From positions 1 through 64,000 of IMG/VR virus record IMGVR_UViG_2870609773_000001: a DNA stretch of 64,000 nucleotides. One strand, written 5' to 3'. The notes beneath the pieces were generated by a model, which did not search any database, was not told the origin of the DNA, and saw nothing but the letters and a program-made list of their open reading frames with translations. Source of the stretch: a virus (Duplodnaviria; Caudoviricetes). The position numbers and the translations under genes were made by a program. This document shows, piece after piece, positions 1 through 8,631 of the stretch; the stretch's first letter is position 1; the number at the start of each line of letters is the position of its first letter.

Positions 1-209
1 CCCCACCGACCCCCCGGCTGCCTGTCCCTCCACGGCCCACGGCAGCCGGGGCTCTACTCCCGTCCAGGAGCCGCGCTCTCATCCCACCGCGCAGCCGCTC
101 GGCTCCTGGACGGGATCTCCCAGACTCCCCCGCCCGCGGACGTGGTCCGGAATCCACCCACACCGCTCCGGGGCGGGGGCTCACCACCACAGCACCGAAG
201 GAGATCGAC

Positions 210-395
210 ATGAAGGACACCCTCCGCTACCGCAACAAGGGCGGAGTGTTCGTGATCTGGAACAAGACGGGCACCACTGGCTGCCAGCTCAACTACGCGG
301 TCGGCGACTGGTCGTGCGAGGGGTGCGGCGCATCCCTCAAGGATGTGGCCGCCGTCCTTGCTGAGCGGCACGCCGACAGTTGCAAAGCCTGCTGA
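210..395 (+). CDS. small Cys/His (putative Zn-binding) hypothetical protein
   Basis: GGAGATCGAC-ATG start; CxxC...HxxxC pattern. Confidence 0.65.
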   Translation: MKDTLRYRNKGGVFVIWNKTGTTGCQLNYAVGDWSCEGCGASLKDVAAVLAERHADSCKAC

Positions 396-483
396 CCCCC
401 AGCCCCCGTTCCGGTATCCACGCCGGCGCATCAGGGAGCAGGCCCTGAACGGGCACGACAGACCACCTCCAAAGGAGATCGCC

Positions 484-987
484 ATGTCCGACACCGCCGC
501 CGACCCGATGGCGCGATACGCCGACTTCCACCCCATGTACAGCGTGGAGAAGCTGCGCGAGACCCTGGCTGTCCTGGCCGACCTGCCCGGCGACACGCCG
601 GTCATCCTCGCCCTCAGCGACGGCAACGAGGCGGACCAGTACGCGCCCGCCACCGAGCTGCAGGTCACCCACTGGAACGGCTACGAGCGCTGCGCCGCCA
701 CCGACGAGGGTGCCGAGCTGGCGCCGTTCTTCATCTACCCCGCCCAGCACCCGGAAGGCGTAGCCGATGACGGCACCTTCCACCCGGTGGCCACCCTCGA
801 CGCCCTGCGGAACACGATCGCCGACCTCGCCATCCCGGACGACACGATCTTCCACCGGACCGAGGACGCCTCCAACGATGAGGACTCCTTCACTATCGCC
901 AGCGAACTCCAGGTCGCCTGGTGGGACGGTTCCGTCCAGGTCGACGAGCCCGGCGAGGGCGTCACGCAGGCCCTGTTCATCATCTGA
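484..987 (+). CDS. hypothetical protein with internal tandem domain duplication
   Basis: GGAGATCGCC-ATG start at 484; two related halves (FHP...ELQVTHWNG / FHP...ELQVAWWDG). Confidence 0.75.
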   Translation: MSDTAADPMARYADFHPMYSVEKLRETLAVLADLPGDTPVILALSDGNEADQYAPATELQVTHWNGYERCAATDEGAELAPFFIYPAQHPEGVADDGTFHPVATLDALRNTIADLAIPDDTIFHRTEDASNDEDSFTIASELQVAWWDGSVQVDEPGEGVTQALFII

Positions 988-1003
988 CCCCAAGGAGATC
1001 GAC

Positions 1004-1186
1004 ATGTCGAAGAACGAGCAAGCACGGCAGCGCAGCAACGACCGGAGGGCTGCCCGCCAGAGGCTGCGGGACGCCCGCGAGAACCTCGCCGACCTGCCGG
1101 AGACCAGCGCAGACGACCCGGAGTACCTGCGCCGCAACAGCGAGGTCCTCAACGCCGAGAAGGACGTCCCCTGGATCTTCCGCTGA
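1004..1186 (+). CDS. small hypothetical protein
   Basis: GGAGATCGAC-ATG start; follows the previous stop closely. Confidence 0.7.
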   Translation: MSKNEQARQRSNDRRAARQRLRDARENLADLPETSADDPEYLRRNSEVLNAEKDVPWIFR

Positions 1187-1220
1187 CCCCCGCACACCAC
1201 GACTGAACGGACCCCCTGCC

Positions 1221-1484
1221 ATGAAGCCGCCCGTCACCGTCTCCCCTGAGGAGGCGGTCCCCAGCCCGACAGTCCCGCCAGCCGTCCGCAAGCGCCTCCT
1301 TGAGATCGCTAAGAACGGCATCTCAACGACGGACGCCGCCGACACGCTCGGCCTGACCGTGCGCGAGGTGTGGAGGTACCTGGAGCTGCTGCGCGTCGCT
1401 GGCGTCGTGCATCTGCAGGCCAGCGACGAGGGCGGGCGGGGCGCGGAGTGGAAGACCGGCCGACCGCCCCGGAGGAGCGCCTGA
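1221..1484 (+). CDS. helix-turn-helix DNA-binding protein
   Basis: HTH-like ISTTDAADTLGLTVREVWRYLELL; stop overlaps next ATG (TGATG). Confidence 0.65.
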   Translation: MKPPVTVSPEEAVPSPTVPPAVRKRLLEIAKNGISTTDAADTLGLTVREVWRYLELLRVAGVVHLQASDEGGRGAEWKTGRPPRRSA

Positions 1485-2950
1485 TGGACTGGACCTCATA
1501 CCTGCCGCCTGACTGGGTCGTGTGGACCGTCGTCGGCGTCTGCTCGCTCATCGTCACCTGGTTCACCACGCGAGCCGTCGCCGACGGCCTCCGTCACGCT
1601 GCCCGCGCCCTGCGAGGACGCCAGCGCACCAGCAACAAGAGCGTCGATCGCAAGCCGCCCGAGCTCGAGGACATCCTCACGTGGGTCATGGCCGGCATCG
1701 CCACCGCCGTCTCTGCGTCGGGCATGTGGAAGTTCGCCGGGGACGTGCTGAAGCTTGAGGGCTTCTGGCGGGTGCTGTTCTTCGCGTTCATCGAGGGCGC
1801 CATCGTCATCTCCGCCCTGCGTGCCCGCCGCAGCATGCGGGAGAACTACACGGCCGGCCTCGACGGGATCGCCGTCTGGGTCCTCGCCGGACTCACCGCC
1901 GTGTTGGCCAGCTTGGACACAAAGAGCGCAGGCGAGGTCGTGTTCCGCCTAGCTGCCCCGCTGGTGGCGGCATGGCTGTGGGAGCGTGGCATGCGGCTCG
2001 AGCGGCGCAAGCTCCGCGGCCTGTCTGGCATCCACTGGCGCATCACCCCCGAGCGGGTCCTTGTGCGGCTCGGCCTGGCGGAGTCCAGCGACCGGACCGC
2101 GTCCGAGGTAGATGCCCACCGGCGCATCACGCGGGTCGCACTGGCCGCCAAGAAGCTCCACCTTTTGCGCGCCGCGGGCGCCTCCGCCAGGAAGATCCGT
2201 AGGGCGGCTGCCGCGCTGGACAAGCGACTGGACCAGGCGGTCGAACACACCGGACTTGCCCGCGACGACCGCATGAAGTGGGCGCTCCTCGACCAGGTCG
2301 GCACGCTGGGTGGCGCACAGACGCTGTGCGACCTACTCGAGACCGCCTCCGGGCCGTGGACCCAGACGGACCACCCGCTTGTCACCGGCGCCGCCAAGCA
2401 CCACGAGGCCGTCCAGCTCGCGGAGGCGATGAACGAGTGGAGCGAGGCGCTCCGCTCTCAACACGACCCCGAGGTGTCGGCGGCGGTGACGTCGATGGCC
2501 GCCTTTATCGCCGGCCGTCCAGTCGCGTCCGTGACCCCGGATGTGACCTCCTCCGTGGTCACGAACCTTGTCACGAGACGGGTCACGGAAGGAGTCACGG
2601 ACCCGGACTCTCCGCCCGCCGATCCGGCCTCAACCAACGGCTCCTATGTGACACCGCCCGTGACCCCTTATGTGACACCGCCCGTGACCACGAACCGAGT
2701 AACGGACGAGGTCACGCCGGCCCCCGAATCTGAGCCGGACCCCGAGCCGGATGAGCAGCCAAAAACCAAGGTCATGCGCGACTTCTGGGACGCCGAACGG
2801 CAGGAAGGTCGCTACCCGTCCGTCATGGAACTGGCCACGAAAGCGAGCGCACACCACACGCTGGCTTCCCGCCTACGGAAGACCTGGGTTTCAGAGCTGC
2901 CTTGGTACGAGCAGCGCAAGGCCGACCCGAAGAAGGTGACTGCATCATGA
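1484..2950 (+). CDS. multi-pass membrane protein, spread (Spd/DUF2637-like) type, with C-terminal putative HTH
   Basis: GGAGG RBS and ATG at 1484; about 4-5 TM segments, Val-Thr/Pro-rich linker, C-terminal YPSVMELATKASAHHTLASRLRKTW; upstream of TraB-like gene. Confidence 0.65.
   Translation: MDWTSYLPPDWVVWTVVGVCSLIVTWFTTRAVADGLRHAARALRGRQRTSNKSVDRKPPELEDILTWVMAGIATAVSASGMWKFAGDVLKLEGFWRVLFFAFIEGAIVISALRARRSMRENYTAGLDGIAVWVLAGLTAVLASLDTKSAGEVVFRLAAPLVAAWLWERGMRLERRKLRGLSGIHWRITPERVLVRLGLAESSDRTASEVDAHRRITRVALAAKKLHLLRAAGASARKIRRAAAALDKRLDQAVEHTGLARDDRMKWALLDQVGTLGGAQTLCDLLETASGPWTQTDHPLVTGAAKHHEAVQLAEAMNEWSEALRSQHDPEVSAAVTSMAAFIAGRPVASVTPDVTSSVVTNLVTRRVTEGVTDPDSPPADPASTNGSYVTPPVTPYVTPPVTTNRVTDEVTPAPESEPDPEPDEQPKTKVMRDFWDAERQEGRYPSVMELATKASAHHTLASRLRKTWVSELPWYEQRKADPKKVTAS
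2530..2715. repeat. cluster of GTGAC/GTCAC pentamers including a 21-bp direct repeat (2645-2665, 2669-2689)
   Basis: TATGTGACACCGCCCGTGACC occurs twice with a 24-bp period; the pentamers encode repeated Val-Thr. Confidence 0.8.
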
Positions 2951-3159
2951 CCAAGAACAACCAGCCGAAGAATCCCCGTGAGGTACTCGACGAGCTCGGC
3001 GCGAAGTGGTCGCCCGACCTGGACGCCTACCTGGGCGGCGAGACCGACGCCAGCAAGATCCGGTGCACTCTCTGTCTCGAAGCGCCATGCGCGTGCCCCG
3101 AGTTCGGCAGCGACGCCTACTTTGCCCTCATCAACAGAAGGCACGGGAGACGGTCATGA
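2947..3159 (+). CDS. small Cys-rich hypothetical protein
   Basis: ATGA overlaps at both ends; CTLCLEAPCAC motif. Confidence 0.7.
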   Translation: MTKNNQPKNPREVLDELGAKWSPDLDAYLGGETDASKIRCTLCLEAPCACPEFGSDAYFALINRRHGRRS

Positions 3160-3473
3160 GTCCTCTGATGACTTTCCTGCTTGTCATGCTCGCGCTGATC
3201 CTGGCGACCAATCGTCGCCAGGTCGGCAACGCCAAGACGCTGAGTGAGTTGTGGGAGCCGGCCCGCGCCAACGGGTGGGGCCGCGGCACAGCGCTGACGG
3301 TCGTCGGCGTGGTGGTGTTCGCGTTCAAGTTCACCGGCAGCGTCGCCCTGGTCGTGCTGACCGTGACTGCCAAGGCGATCGAGGTTCTGGGATTCATCGC
3401 CTCCGTGGTGCGGGAGCACCTGACCGACCTGCTCAACCCGCCTCTTCCGATCGGACGCGTGGAGGCAGCGTGA
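3156..3473 (+). CDS. small membrane protein
   Basis: Hydrophobic segments; coupled to both neighbours. Confidence 0.7.
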   Translation: MSPLMTFLLVMLALILATNRRQVGNAKTLSELWEPARANGWGRGTALTVVGVVVFAFKFTGSVALVVLTVTAKAIEVLGFIASVVREHLTDLLNPPLPIGRVEAA

Positions 3474-5659
3474 GCGAGAAGGCACGATCCGAGCACCTGC
3501 GGCTGATCCGCCACGGCGAGGACGCCCCCGACCTGCCCCTGTCCGAGGACGACGAGCACAAGGAGTTGGCTCTGCAAGGCGGCGGCGAGGTCGAGCAGGT
3601 CTACGAGGGCGAGATCGTCTCTGACGAGCCCGAACGCTCCCGGTTCCTGCCGTCCGTGGTCGTCGACAAGGTCACGGTGCTGCGGCCCAACCCTGCGGCC
3701 AAGAAGGTCGCACGCACTGCGGCCCAGCATGGCGCGCTGGTCCTGGCCGGCTGGCACTCCTGGATCGTCCGCCTGTGGAAGGGGCTGACGATCGGCCGGA
3801 TCCGCAAGCAGATTCGGATCGCGGACGCGACCGGCAACCTGGAGGCACTAGCCGTGTGGCTCGACAAGCTCGATGAGGCGAAGACCCGCCGCGGGGAGCG
3901 GCTGATGAAGCTGCCGCTGCTCGCGCTCAAGATGGCGATGCTGTCTGGTGGGGTCCTGCTCGGACTGCTGGTGCTACTGGTGCTGGTCGCGACACTCGTG
4001 TGGCTGACCGGCGCCGGCGAGTGGGTTGACGTGTGGTTGTGGCTCGGCGGCGTGCTCCGCTGGGTGATCGGCGCCCTGTCGGTCGCCTGGTCAGTGTTCG
4101 TGTTCGCCTGGCCGTTGCTGCTGGTGTGGGCCGGCCACCGTGCCGGGCGCGAGACCGAGGTAGCGCCAGCATGGGCCGTTGAGCCGGGCTCGGCCGATGA
4201 TAGCAGTGGCCGGGATCGGATCCCCGACGAGTCGGCGATCATCAACGCGCTCAAGCACCTGGGTATCGCCCCGCTGAACAAGGCGTTCAAGGCGGGCTGG
4301 AGACCGCGGATCGTGCTGCCGACCCAGCGTGACGGCGAAGGCTATCGGACCCAGTTGGAGCCGCCGCCCGGCGTCACCGTCGAGATGATCAACCAGAAGA
4401 AGTCCGTGCTCGCGCACAATCTCGTCCGCCTGCCGGTCGAGGTGTGGCCGACCGAGCCGAAGAAGCAGCCCGGCGTACTTGACCTGTGGGTGGCCGACCA
4501 GGGGTCGCTGACCGGCCCTCTGCCCGACTGGCCGCTGCTGAAGGACGGAACCGCCGACTACTTCGAGGGCGTCCCCGTGTCGCGGAACATTCGCGGCAAG
4601 ACCGTCATCGGGCTGCTGTTCCAGAAGAACTATGCGCTGGCGGGCATGATGGGCTCCGGCAAGTCCACGATGATCCTCACGCTGCTGCTGGGGGCCATCC
4701 TGGACTGGCTGGTCGAGGTGGACGTGTTCGTGTTCGCCACGAACGCCGATTACGACCCGCTCAAGCCCCGGCTGCGGACTCTGCTCACCGGCCCGGGTGA
4801 CGAGGTCGTCGAGGCGTGCCTGTTCCTGCTGCGCGACGCCTACGCCGAACTCAGCGTCCGCGGCAACGCGCTGAAGGAGCACGGCGCGCCCGCGGTGACC
4901 AGGGAACTCGCCGAGAAGGACGCACGGCTACGCCCGCGCATCATCGTCATCGACGAATGCCAGGCACTATTCCTCCACGAGGAGTATGGGGAGGAAGCCG
5001 AGGAACTGTGCGTGAAGCTGATGGGTGCCGCCCGCAAGTACGCCGTCACCTTGATCTTCGCCACTCCCGAGCCGTCGTCGGCGTCGCTGCCTCGCAAGCT
5101 GATGGCAGTCATCTCCAACAAGGCGTGCTTCGCCATCGGCGATCAGACGTCGAACGACGCGGTACTCGGCACCGGCTCATACAAGCAAGGCATCTCCGCC
5201 GTAGGGCTGGAACCGAAGACAGAGGAAGGGCCAGGCGACATCGGCACCTGCATGGCCACCGGTTTCCAGGCCAAGGCCGGCCTGCTGCGCACCTACTACG
5301 TGCCCTACGCCGAGATGGGCTCCGTCGTGGCACGGGCGATGGCGATACGCGAGAAGGCAATCCTCGGCGGCACCTCCTTCGACGATGAGAGGCGGGACCT
5401 GCTGGCGGACCTGCTTGACGTGATCGGCGCCGACCCAGTGCCGGCCGCTCAGGCGCTGGCCGCCCTGAAGTCCACGTACTCGCGGCATCGCCCCTACGCG
5501 CTGCTTCGCGACCGCCTGGAGCTGGTGCGCGAGCTCGATGCGCTCGGCGTCAAGGTGCCCTCGTCGAAGAACCGCCACCTCATCGATCCGATCACCATCC
5601 GTGGCCGCATGGCCGAGATTGCCGCAGCCGGAGCCGCCGACGAAGACGGCGCGGGTTAA
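3470..5659 (+). CDS. traB: FtsK/SpoIIIE-family conjugative DNA translocase (TraB-like)
   Basis: GTG start overlapping the upstream TGA; N-terminal TM block; Walker A GMMGSGKST; Walker B IIVIDECQ; small C-terminal domain. Confidence 0.88.
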   Translation: MSEKARSEHLRLIRHGEDAPDLPLSEDDEHKELALQGGGEVEQVYEGEIVSDEPERSRFLPSVVVDKVTVLRPNPAAKKVARTAAQHGALVLAGWHSWIVRLWKGLTIGRIRKQIRIADATGNLEALAVWLDKLDEAKTRRGERLMKLPLLALKMAMLSGGVLLGLLVLLVLVATLVWLTGAGEWVDVWLWLGGVLRWVIGALSVAWSVFVFAWPLLLVWAGHRAGRETEVAPAWAVEPGSADDSSGRDRIPDESAIINALKHLGIAPLNKAFKAGWRPRIVLPTQRDGEGYRTQLEPPPGVTVEMINQKKSVLAHNLVRLPVEVWPTEPKKQPGVLDLWVADQGSLTGPLPDWPLLKDGTADYFEGVPVSRNIRGKTVIGLLFQKNYALAGMMGSGKSTMILTLLLGAILDWLVEVDVFVFATNADYDPLKPRLRTLLTGPGDEVVEACLFLLRDAYAELSVRGNALKEHGAPAVTRELAEKDARLRPRIIVIDECQALFLHEEYGEEAEELCVKLMGAARKYAVTLIFATPEPSSASLPRKLMAVISNKACFAIGDQTSNDAVLGTGSYKQGISAVGLEPKTEEGPGDIGTCMATGFQAKAGLLRTYYVPYAEMGSVVARAMAIREKAILGGTSFDDERRDLLADLLDVIGADPVPAAQALAALKSTYSRHRPYALLRDRLELVRELDALGVKVPSSKNRHLIDPITIRGRMAEIAAAGAADEDGAG

Positions 5660-5820
5660 GCGGAGGCCGTTCAGCCATCGCCTTCCAAGCCCTTCATGTA
5701 GCCCTTCGCTTAACCCGCTTAACCCCGTACCGCGTTTAACTTCTCCCTGGTCAACGGCCTGATCGCCGGATTTAACCCAGGGACTAAAAATTTAACCTTC
5801 CTCAGCGCCCCTTAACCCTT
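5651..5820. repeat. clt-like cluster of (C/T)TTAACC(C) repeats directly downstream of traB
   Basis: Copies at 5709, 5718, 5735 (degenerate), 5771, 5791 and 5811, plus an inverted copy over the traB stop, in otherwise GC-rich DNA. Confidence 0.65.
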
Positions 5821-5913
5821 GCAGCGCACGAGACGCCCCCTCGACTGCACCTCCCAGACGGTCACTCGCGGTGGTTGCGGAGACCTCTCCCCCGATCTTC
5901 GGGAGGGGTGTCC

Positions 5914-5928
5914 GGAGCATCCCGCTCC
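5914..5928. promoter_or_regulatory. palindromic GGAGC-N5-GCTCC element after an imperfect hairpin, upstream of the HU gene
   Basis: Same motif and architecture at 6318 and 7253. Confidence 0.55.
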
Positions 5929-5952
5929 CCACACATCAGAAGGAACCAGATC

Positions 5953-6267
5953 ATGAACAAGACCGAACTGATCGCCGCCGTCGCCCGCCGGACCGGCCAC
6001 TCACGCCAGGCCGTCGCCGACGTCCTCGCCGGGATCACCGAGACCATCCAGGCCGAGGTGTCCGACGGCGGCGAGGTCGCCATCCAGTTCTTCGGCAGCT
6101 TCAAGCGCAAGCACACGCCGGCCCGTGACGGCCGCCACCCGCAGACCGGGCAGCCGATGCGGATCGGCGAGTCGTGGACGGTCAAGTTCGCGCCCGCTGC
6201 CGGGCTGAAGACCGCGGTCCGCGGGCGTGCCCGCTCCCAGCAGTCCCCGGTGTCCGCGGTGGCGTAG
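5953..6267 (+). CDS. HU/IHF-family nucleoid-associated protein
   Basis: MNKTELIAAVA...FGSFKRKHTPARDGRHPQTG...VKFAPAAGLK is the bacterial DNA-binding protein (HU) signature. Confidence 0.92.
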   Translation: MNKTELIAAVARRTGHSRQAVADVLAGITETIQAEVSDGGEVAIQFFGSFKRKHTPARDGRHPQTGQPMRIGESWTVKFAPAAGLKTAVRGRARSQQSPVSAVA

Positions 6268-6282
6268 CGGCGGCTGCAGGTG

Positions 6283-6331
6283 CACGCCCGACCGGCATCC
6301 GTGTCGGGCGTGGGCCTGGAGCATCCGCTCC
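6283..6331. promoter_or_regulatory. 10-bp hairpin plus GGAGCATCCGCTCC palindrome
   Basis: CACGCCCGAC/GTCGGGCGTG inverted repeat, then the palindrome at 6318-6331. Confidence 0.55.
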
Positions 6332-6352
6332 AATCAACCGATGGGAGGTCAC

Positions 6353-6538
6353 ATGGACCTCGTGAAGATCTTGGGATTGATCGTCGTAGCCGTGATCGGG
6401 ATGCCGTGCGCGCTGGTGCTGGCTGTCGCCAACCCAGCACTTCGCGTGCCGGTCCTGGTCGTGGTCGGCGTGCTGATCGTCGCAGGGGTCTGGTGCCTTA
6501 TCCGAGTCGCCAACTCGCCGTCCCGGCCGCCTGAGTAG
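6353..6538 (+). CDS. small two-TM membrane protein
   Basis: GGGAGG RBS; hydrophobic. Confidence 0.7.
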   Translation: MDLVKILGLIVVAVIGMPCALVLAVANPALRVPVLVVVGVLIVAGVWCLIRVANSPSRPPE

Positions 6539-6612
6539 ATCCCCCACGCTGCGTCCCCACCAGTTCACCCGCACCGCAATACCCGACTCAACCGATCAAG
6601 AAAGAAGGAATC

Positions 6613-6852
6613 ATGTTCGACAGGATGCCGCCCGAGAAGCTGGCCAAGGCCAAGGGACAGGCTCAGCAGGCCGGCGAAGCCAGCAAGCTCGCCAGGGCCG
6701 CCAACGGTCACGGCGTGACCGGCGCCGAGCGGCGCAAGGCCGAAGAGACGTTGGTCCGCACCTTCGGCAAGCGGAAGGCGGCCCAGCTCAAGGAGAACGA
6801 GCTCCTCCGTGCTGGCGCCCGCCCCAAGGGCCTACGGAAGTGGTTCGGCTGA
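6613..6852 (+). CDS. hypothetical protein
   Basis: AAGGA RBS; stop overlaps next ATG. Confidence 0.7.
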   Translation: MFDRMPPEKLAKAKGQAQQAGEASKLARAANGHGVTGAERRKAEETLVRTFGKRKAAQLKENELLRAGARPKGLRKWFG

Positions 6853-7025
6853 TGCCTCACCGAATCGATCTCCGCGCCGCTGCCGACGGGGCCGATAAGG
6901 CCGCCGAGTCCTTCACCAGGCAAGGCCGCCCACTGGAGGCGGCAATCAGTGCCTGCATGGCCGCCCACTACCGACCGGCACTCCCCTGCGGAGGCGCCTG
7001 CACCGACACCCAGGAGGGCCGATGA
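6852..7025 (+). CDS. small hypothetical protein
   Basis: TGATG coupling upstream, ATGA coupling downstream. Confidence 0.55.
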   Translation: MPHRIDLRAAADGADKAAESFTRQGRPLEAAISACMAAHYRPALPCGGACTDTQEGR

Positions 7026-7192
7026 GCAAGTCCGTTCCGCCTCTCGACCACCCTGTGCGGTGGGTCAACGGCGTGGCTCACGTCGCGATCCACTGCGGCG
7101 GCTGCGGCGAGACCGTCCGAGTGGTGGGCGTCACCACCACCGCAGGCGCTCTCGCCGAAATGAAGCGTCTCCGCATCCACCAGCACGACTGA
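7022..7192 (+). CDS. small CxxC hypothetical protein (56 aa, not in ORF track)
   Basis: GGAGG RBS; MSKSVPPLDHPVRWVNGVAHVAIHCGGCGE... Confidence 0.6.
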   Translation: MSKSVPPLDHPVRWVNGVAHVAIHCGGCGETVRVVGVTTTAGALAEMKRLRIHQHD

Positions 7193-7208
7193 GCGGCTGT
7201 TGCGGGTG

Positions 7209-7266
7209 CGCTCTCCTGACCCCCACTTCCCCGCGGGTCAGGAGAGCGGCCCGGAGCGTCCGCTCC
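7209..7266. promoter_or_regulatory. 14-bp perfect hairpin plus GGAGCGTCCGCTCC palindrome
   Basis: CGCTCTCCTGACCC/GGGTCAGGAGAGCG, then the palindrome at 7253-7266. Confidence 0.55.
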
Positions 7267-7298
7267 CTCAAGCCTCATCACACCGAAAGGACCTGATC

Positions 7299-7469
7299 AT
7301 GGGTCACGGTAAAGCCAAGAAGGTGGTCCTGTACGTCGCCGCCGGGTTCGCGCTGTTCTACCTGTTCTCTCGCCCCACCAGTGCTGCTGCTGCTGTGAAC
7401 GGCGTGTTTGACGGGATCCTCACGGGCGCCAACCAGTTGGCCGTGTTTTTCAACGCGTTCGTCGCCTGA
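7299..7469 (+). CDS. small membrane protein
   Basis: AAAGGA RBS; KKVVLYVAAGFALFYLFSRP hydrophobic pattern. Confidence 0.7.
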   Translation: MGHGKAKKVVLYVAAGFALFYLFSRPTSAAAAVNGVFDGILTGANQLAVFFNAFVA

Positions 7470-7583
7470 CGGGGGTGACTGTTGCGGGTGCTCGCCACCG
7501 CGGGGGCTGTGGCGGGCTTCCGGAGCAGTCAGCTCCACCTCGCCTCAAGGAGGCCAATCGTGGGTGATCGCGCGATCAGAAAC

Positions 7584-7766
7584 ATGCTGGTTCAGGAGTG
7601 CAGCGACGGCAGCTTTCTGGCTACGTTGCCCTGCCCAGTAGCGGGCTGCGGCGCGGACGCATCAATGACCAGCAGGAACAAGAACGGGCCCTACAACGGG
7701 GCGTGCGACAAGGGCCACACCATCGACGCGCCCTGGGCGAAGGAAGGCCCAGCGTCCGACCGCTGA
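7584..7766 (+). CDS. small Cys-containing hypothetical protein (start uncertain)
   Basis: CPVAGC...CDKGH; weak RBS. Confidence 0.45.
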   Translation: MLVQECSDGSFLATLPCPVAGCGADASMTSRNKNGPYNGACDKGHTIDAPWAKEGPASDR

Positions 7767-7833
7767 CCTTGCGAGCGCTCGCCACGACTTGGTGGGCGCC
7801 AGAGTAGCCACGCAACGAGAACGGAGACCTGTC

Positions 7834-8061
7834 ATGGGCTTGTTCAGCAACAAGAAGACTCCGAGCCCCGACCCGCCGCCGCTGCGGCGGAACCTGGTGC
7901 GCAACCTGCTCAAGCTCGGCATGACCTGGTACGGAGGCGACCCCGACGGCGACGACTTCGAAGCCAACCGAGACCGGTACTACCGGGCGCGGGCGAAGTG
8001 CACGAAAGCGGAGATCGACTACGTGGAGGATGCGCTTGAGCGGCACGGCTACCCGCCATGA
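7834..8061 (+). CDS. hypothetical protein
   Basis: GGAGA RBS. Confidence 0.65.
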   Translation: MGLFSNKKTPSPDPPPLRRNLVRNLLKLGMTWYGGDPDGDDFEANRDRYYRARAKCTKAEIDYVEDALERHGYPP

Positions 8062-8085
8062 GGCCACAACTCCGCACGCCAGGAC

Positions 8086-8217
8086 GTGACCGTGGCGGAA
8101 GCCCGCCCAGCAGCAGCCGTTGCCCTGACCGGGGTGGCCGCCCACATCACGGCCGAAACCGCCCGCCGCGTCGAGGAGTGGGCGGACGAGAAGTTCGGCG
8201 AGGAACCACCTCGTTGA
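8086..8217 (+). CDS. very small hypothetical protein
   Basis: 43-aa ORF filling the gap; AGGA upstream of GTG. Confidence 0.4.
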   Translation: MTVAEARPAAAVALTGVAAHITAETARRVEEWADEKFGEEPPR

Positions 8218-8280
8218 CCAGCACCCCTTGAGGGTGTCCACATATCGGCGCCCCCATCATCGACGAAAGGAGAAGAGCAC

Positions 8281-8430
8281 ATGTCGTCCGACTGGACCCA
8301 GGAAGCGGAAGAGAAGATCCGCGACGAAATCTCCAGATACCTGACGGCGCCCGATGCGCGCAGAGCGCAAGAGGCCATGGTGAGACTGCAGGAGATCAAG
8401 TCGGATCCGGCGTCACAGCAGCAGAGCTGA
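8281..8430 (+). CDS. small helical hypothetical protein (49 aa)
   Basis: AAAGGAGA RBS. Confidence 0.6.
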   Translation: MSSDWTQEAEEKIRDEISRYLTAPDARRAQEAMVRLQEIKSDPASQQQS

Positions 8431-8474
8431 CACCGGCCCGCACCCAGCACCGTTAGCGGTGTTCACATATCCAG

Positions 8475-8503
8475 CCCCGGCCGCCCGAACCTCGCGGCCG
8501 GGG
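8475..8503 (+). terminator. putative terminator closing the transfer operon
   Basis: CCCCGGCCGC/GCGGCCGGGG 10-bp stem followed by TCTTCT. Confidence 0.6.
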
Positions 8504-8631
8504 TCTTCTCATACGAACGCCCCGGCTTCCCCCTGCTAGCCGAGGCGTTCTGGTGGGTGGTCGATCCCATCGAACCCCATACCCGTAGGTCCGGATTGTA
8601 TTCGTTTGTCCGGTTTGCTTACTCTGTTGGC

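Larger units (their letters stand above)
1..8510 (+). mobile_element. Actinomycete conjugative transfer module (TraB/spread type); left boundary outside window
   Basis: Co-oriented run of small genes around an FtsK/SpoIIIE ATPase and a multi-TM protein, ending at a hairpin at 8475-8503; no rep/xis/int seen. Confidence 0.75.

Noticed and set aside
3251-3469. N-terminal extensions in the ORF track (e.g. traB from 3251, 1370, 9604, 14846, 63862)
   Set aside because: They overlap upstream genes and lack an RBS; downstream starts with an RBS or stop-start coupling were used instead.
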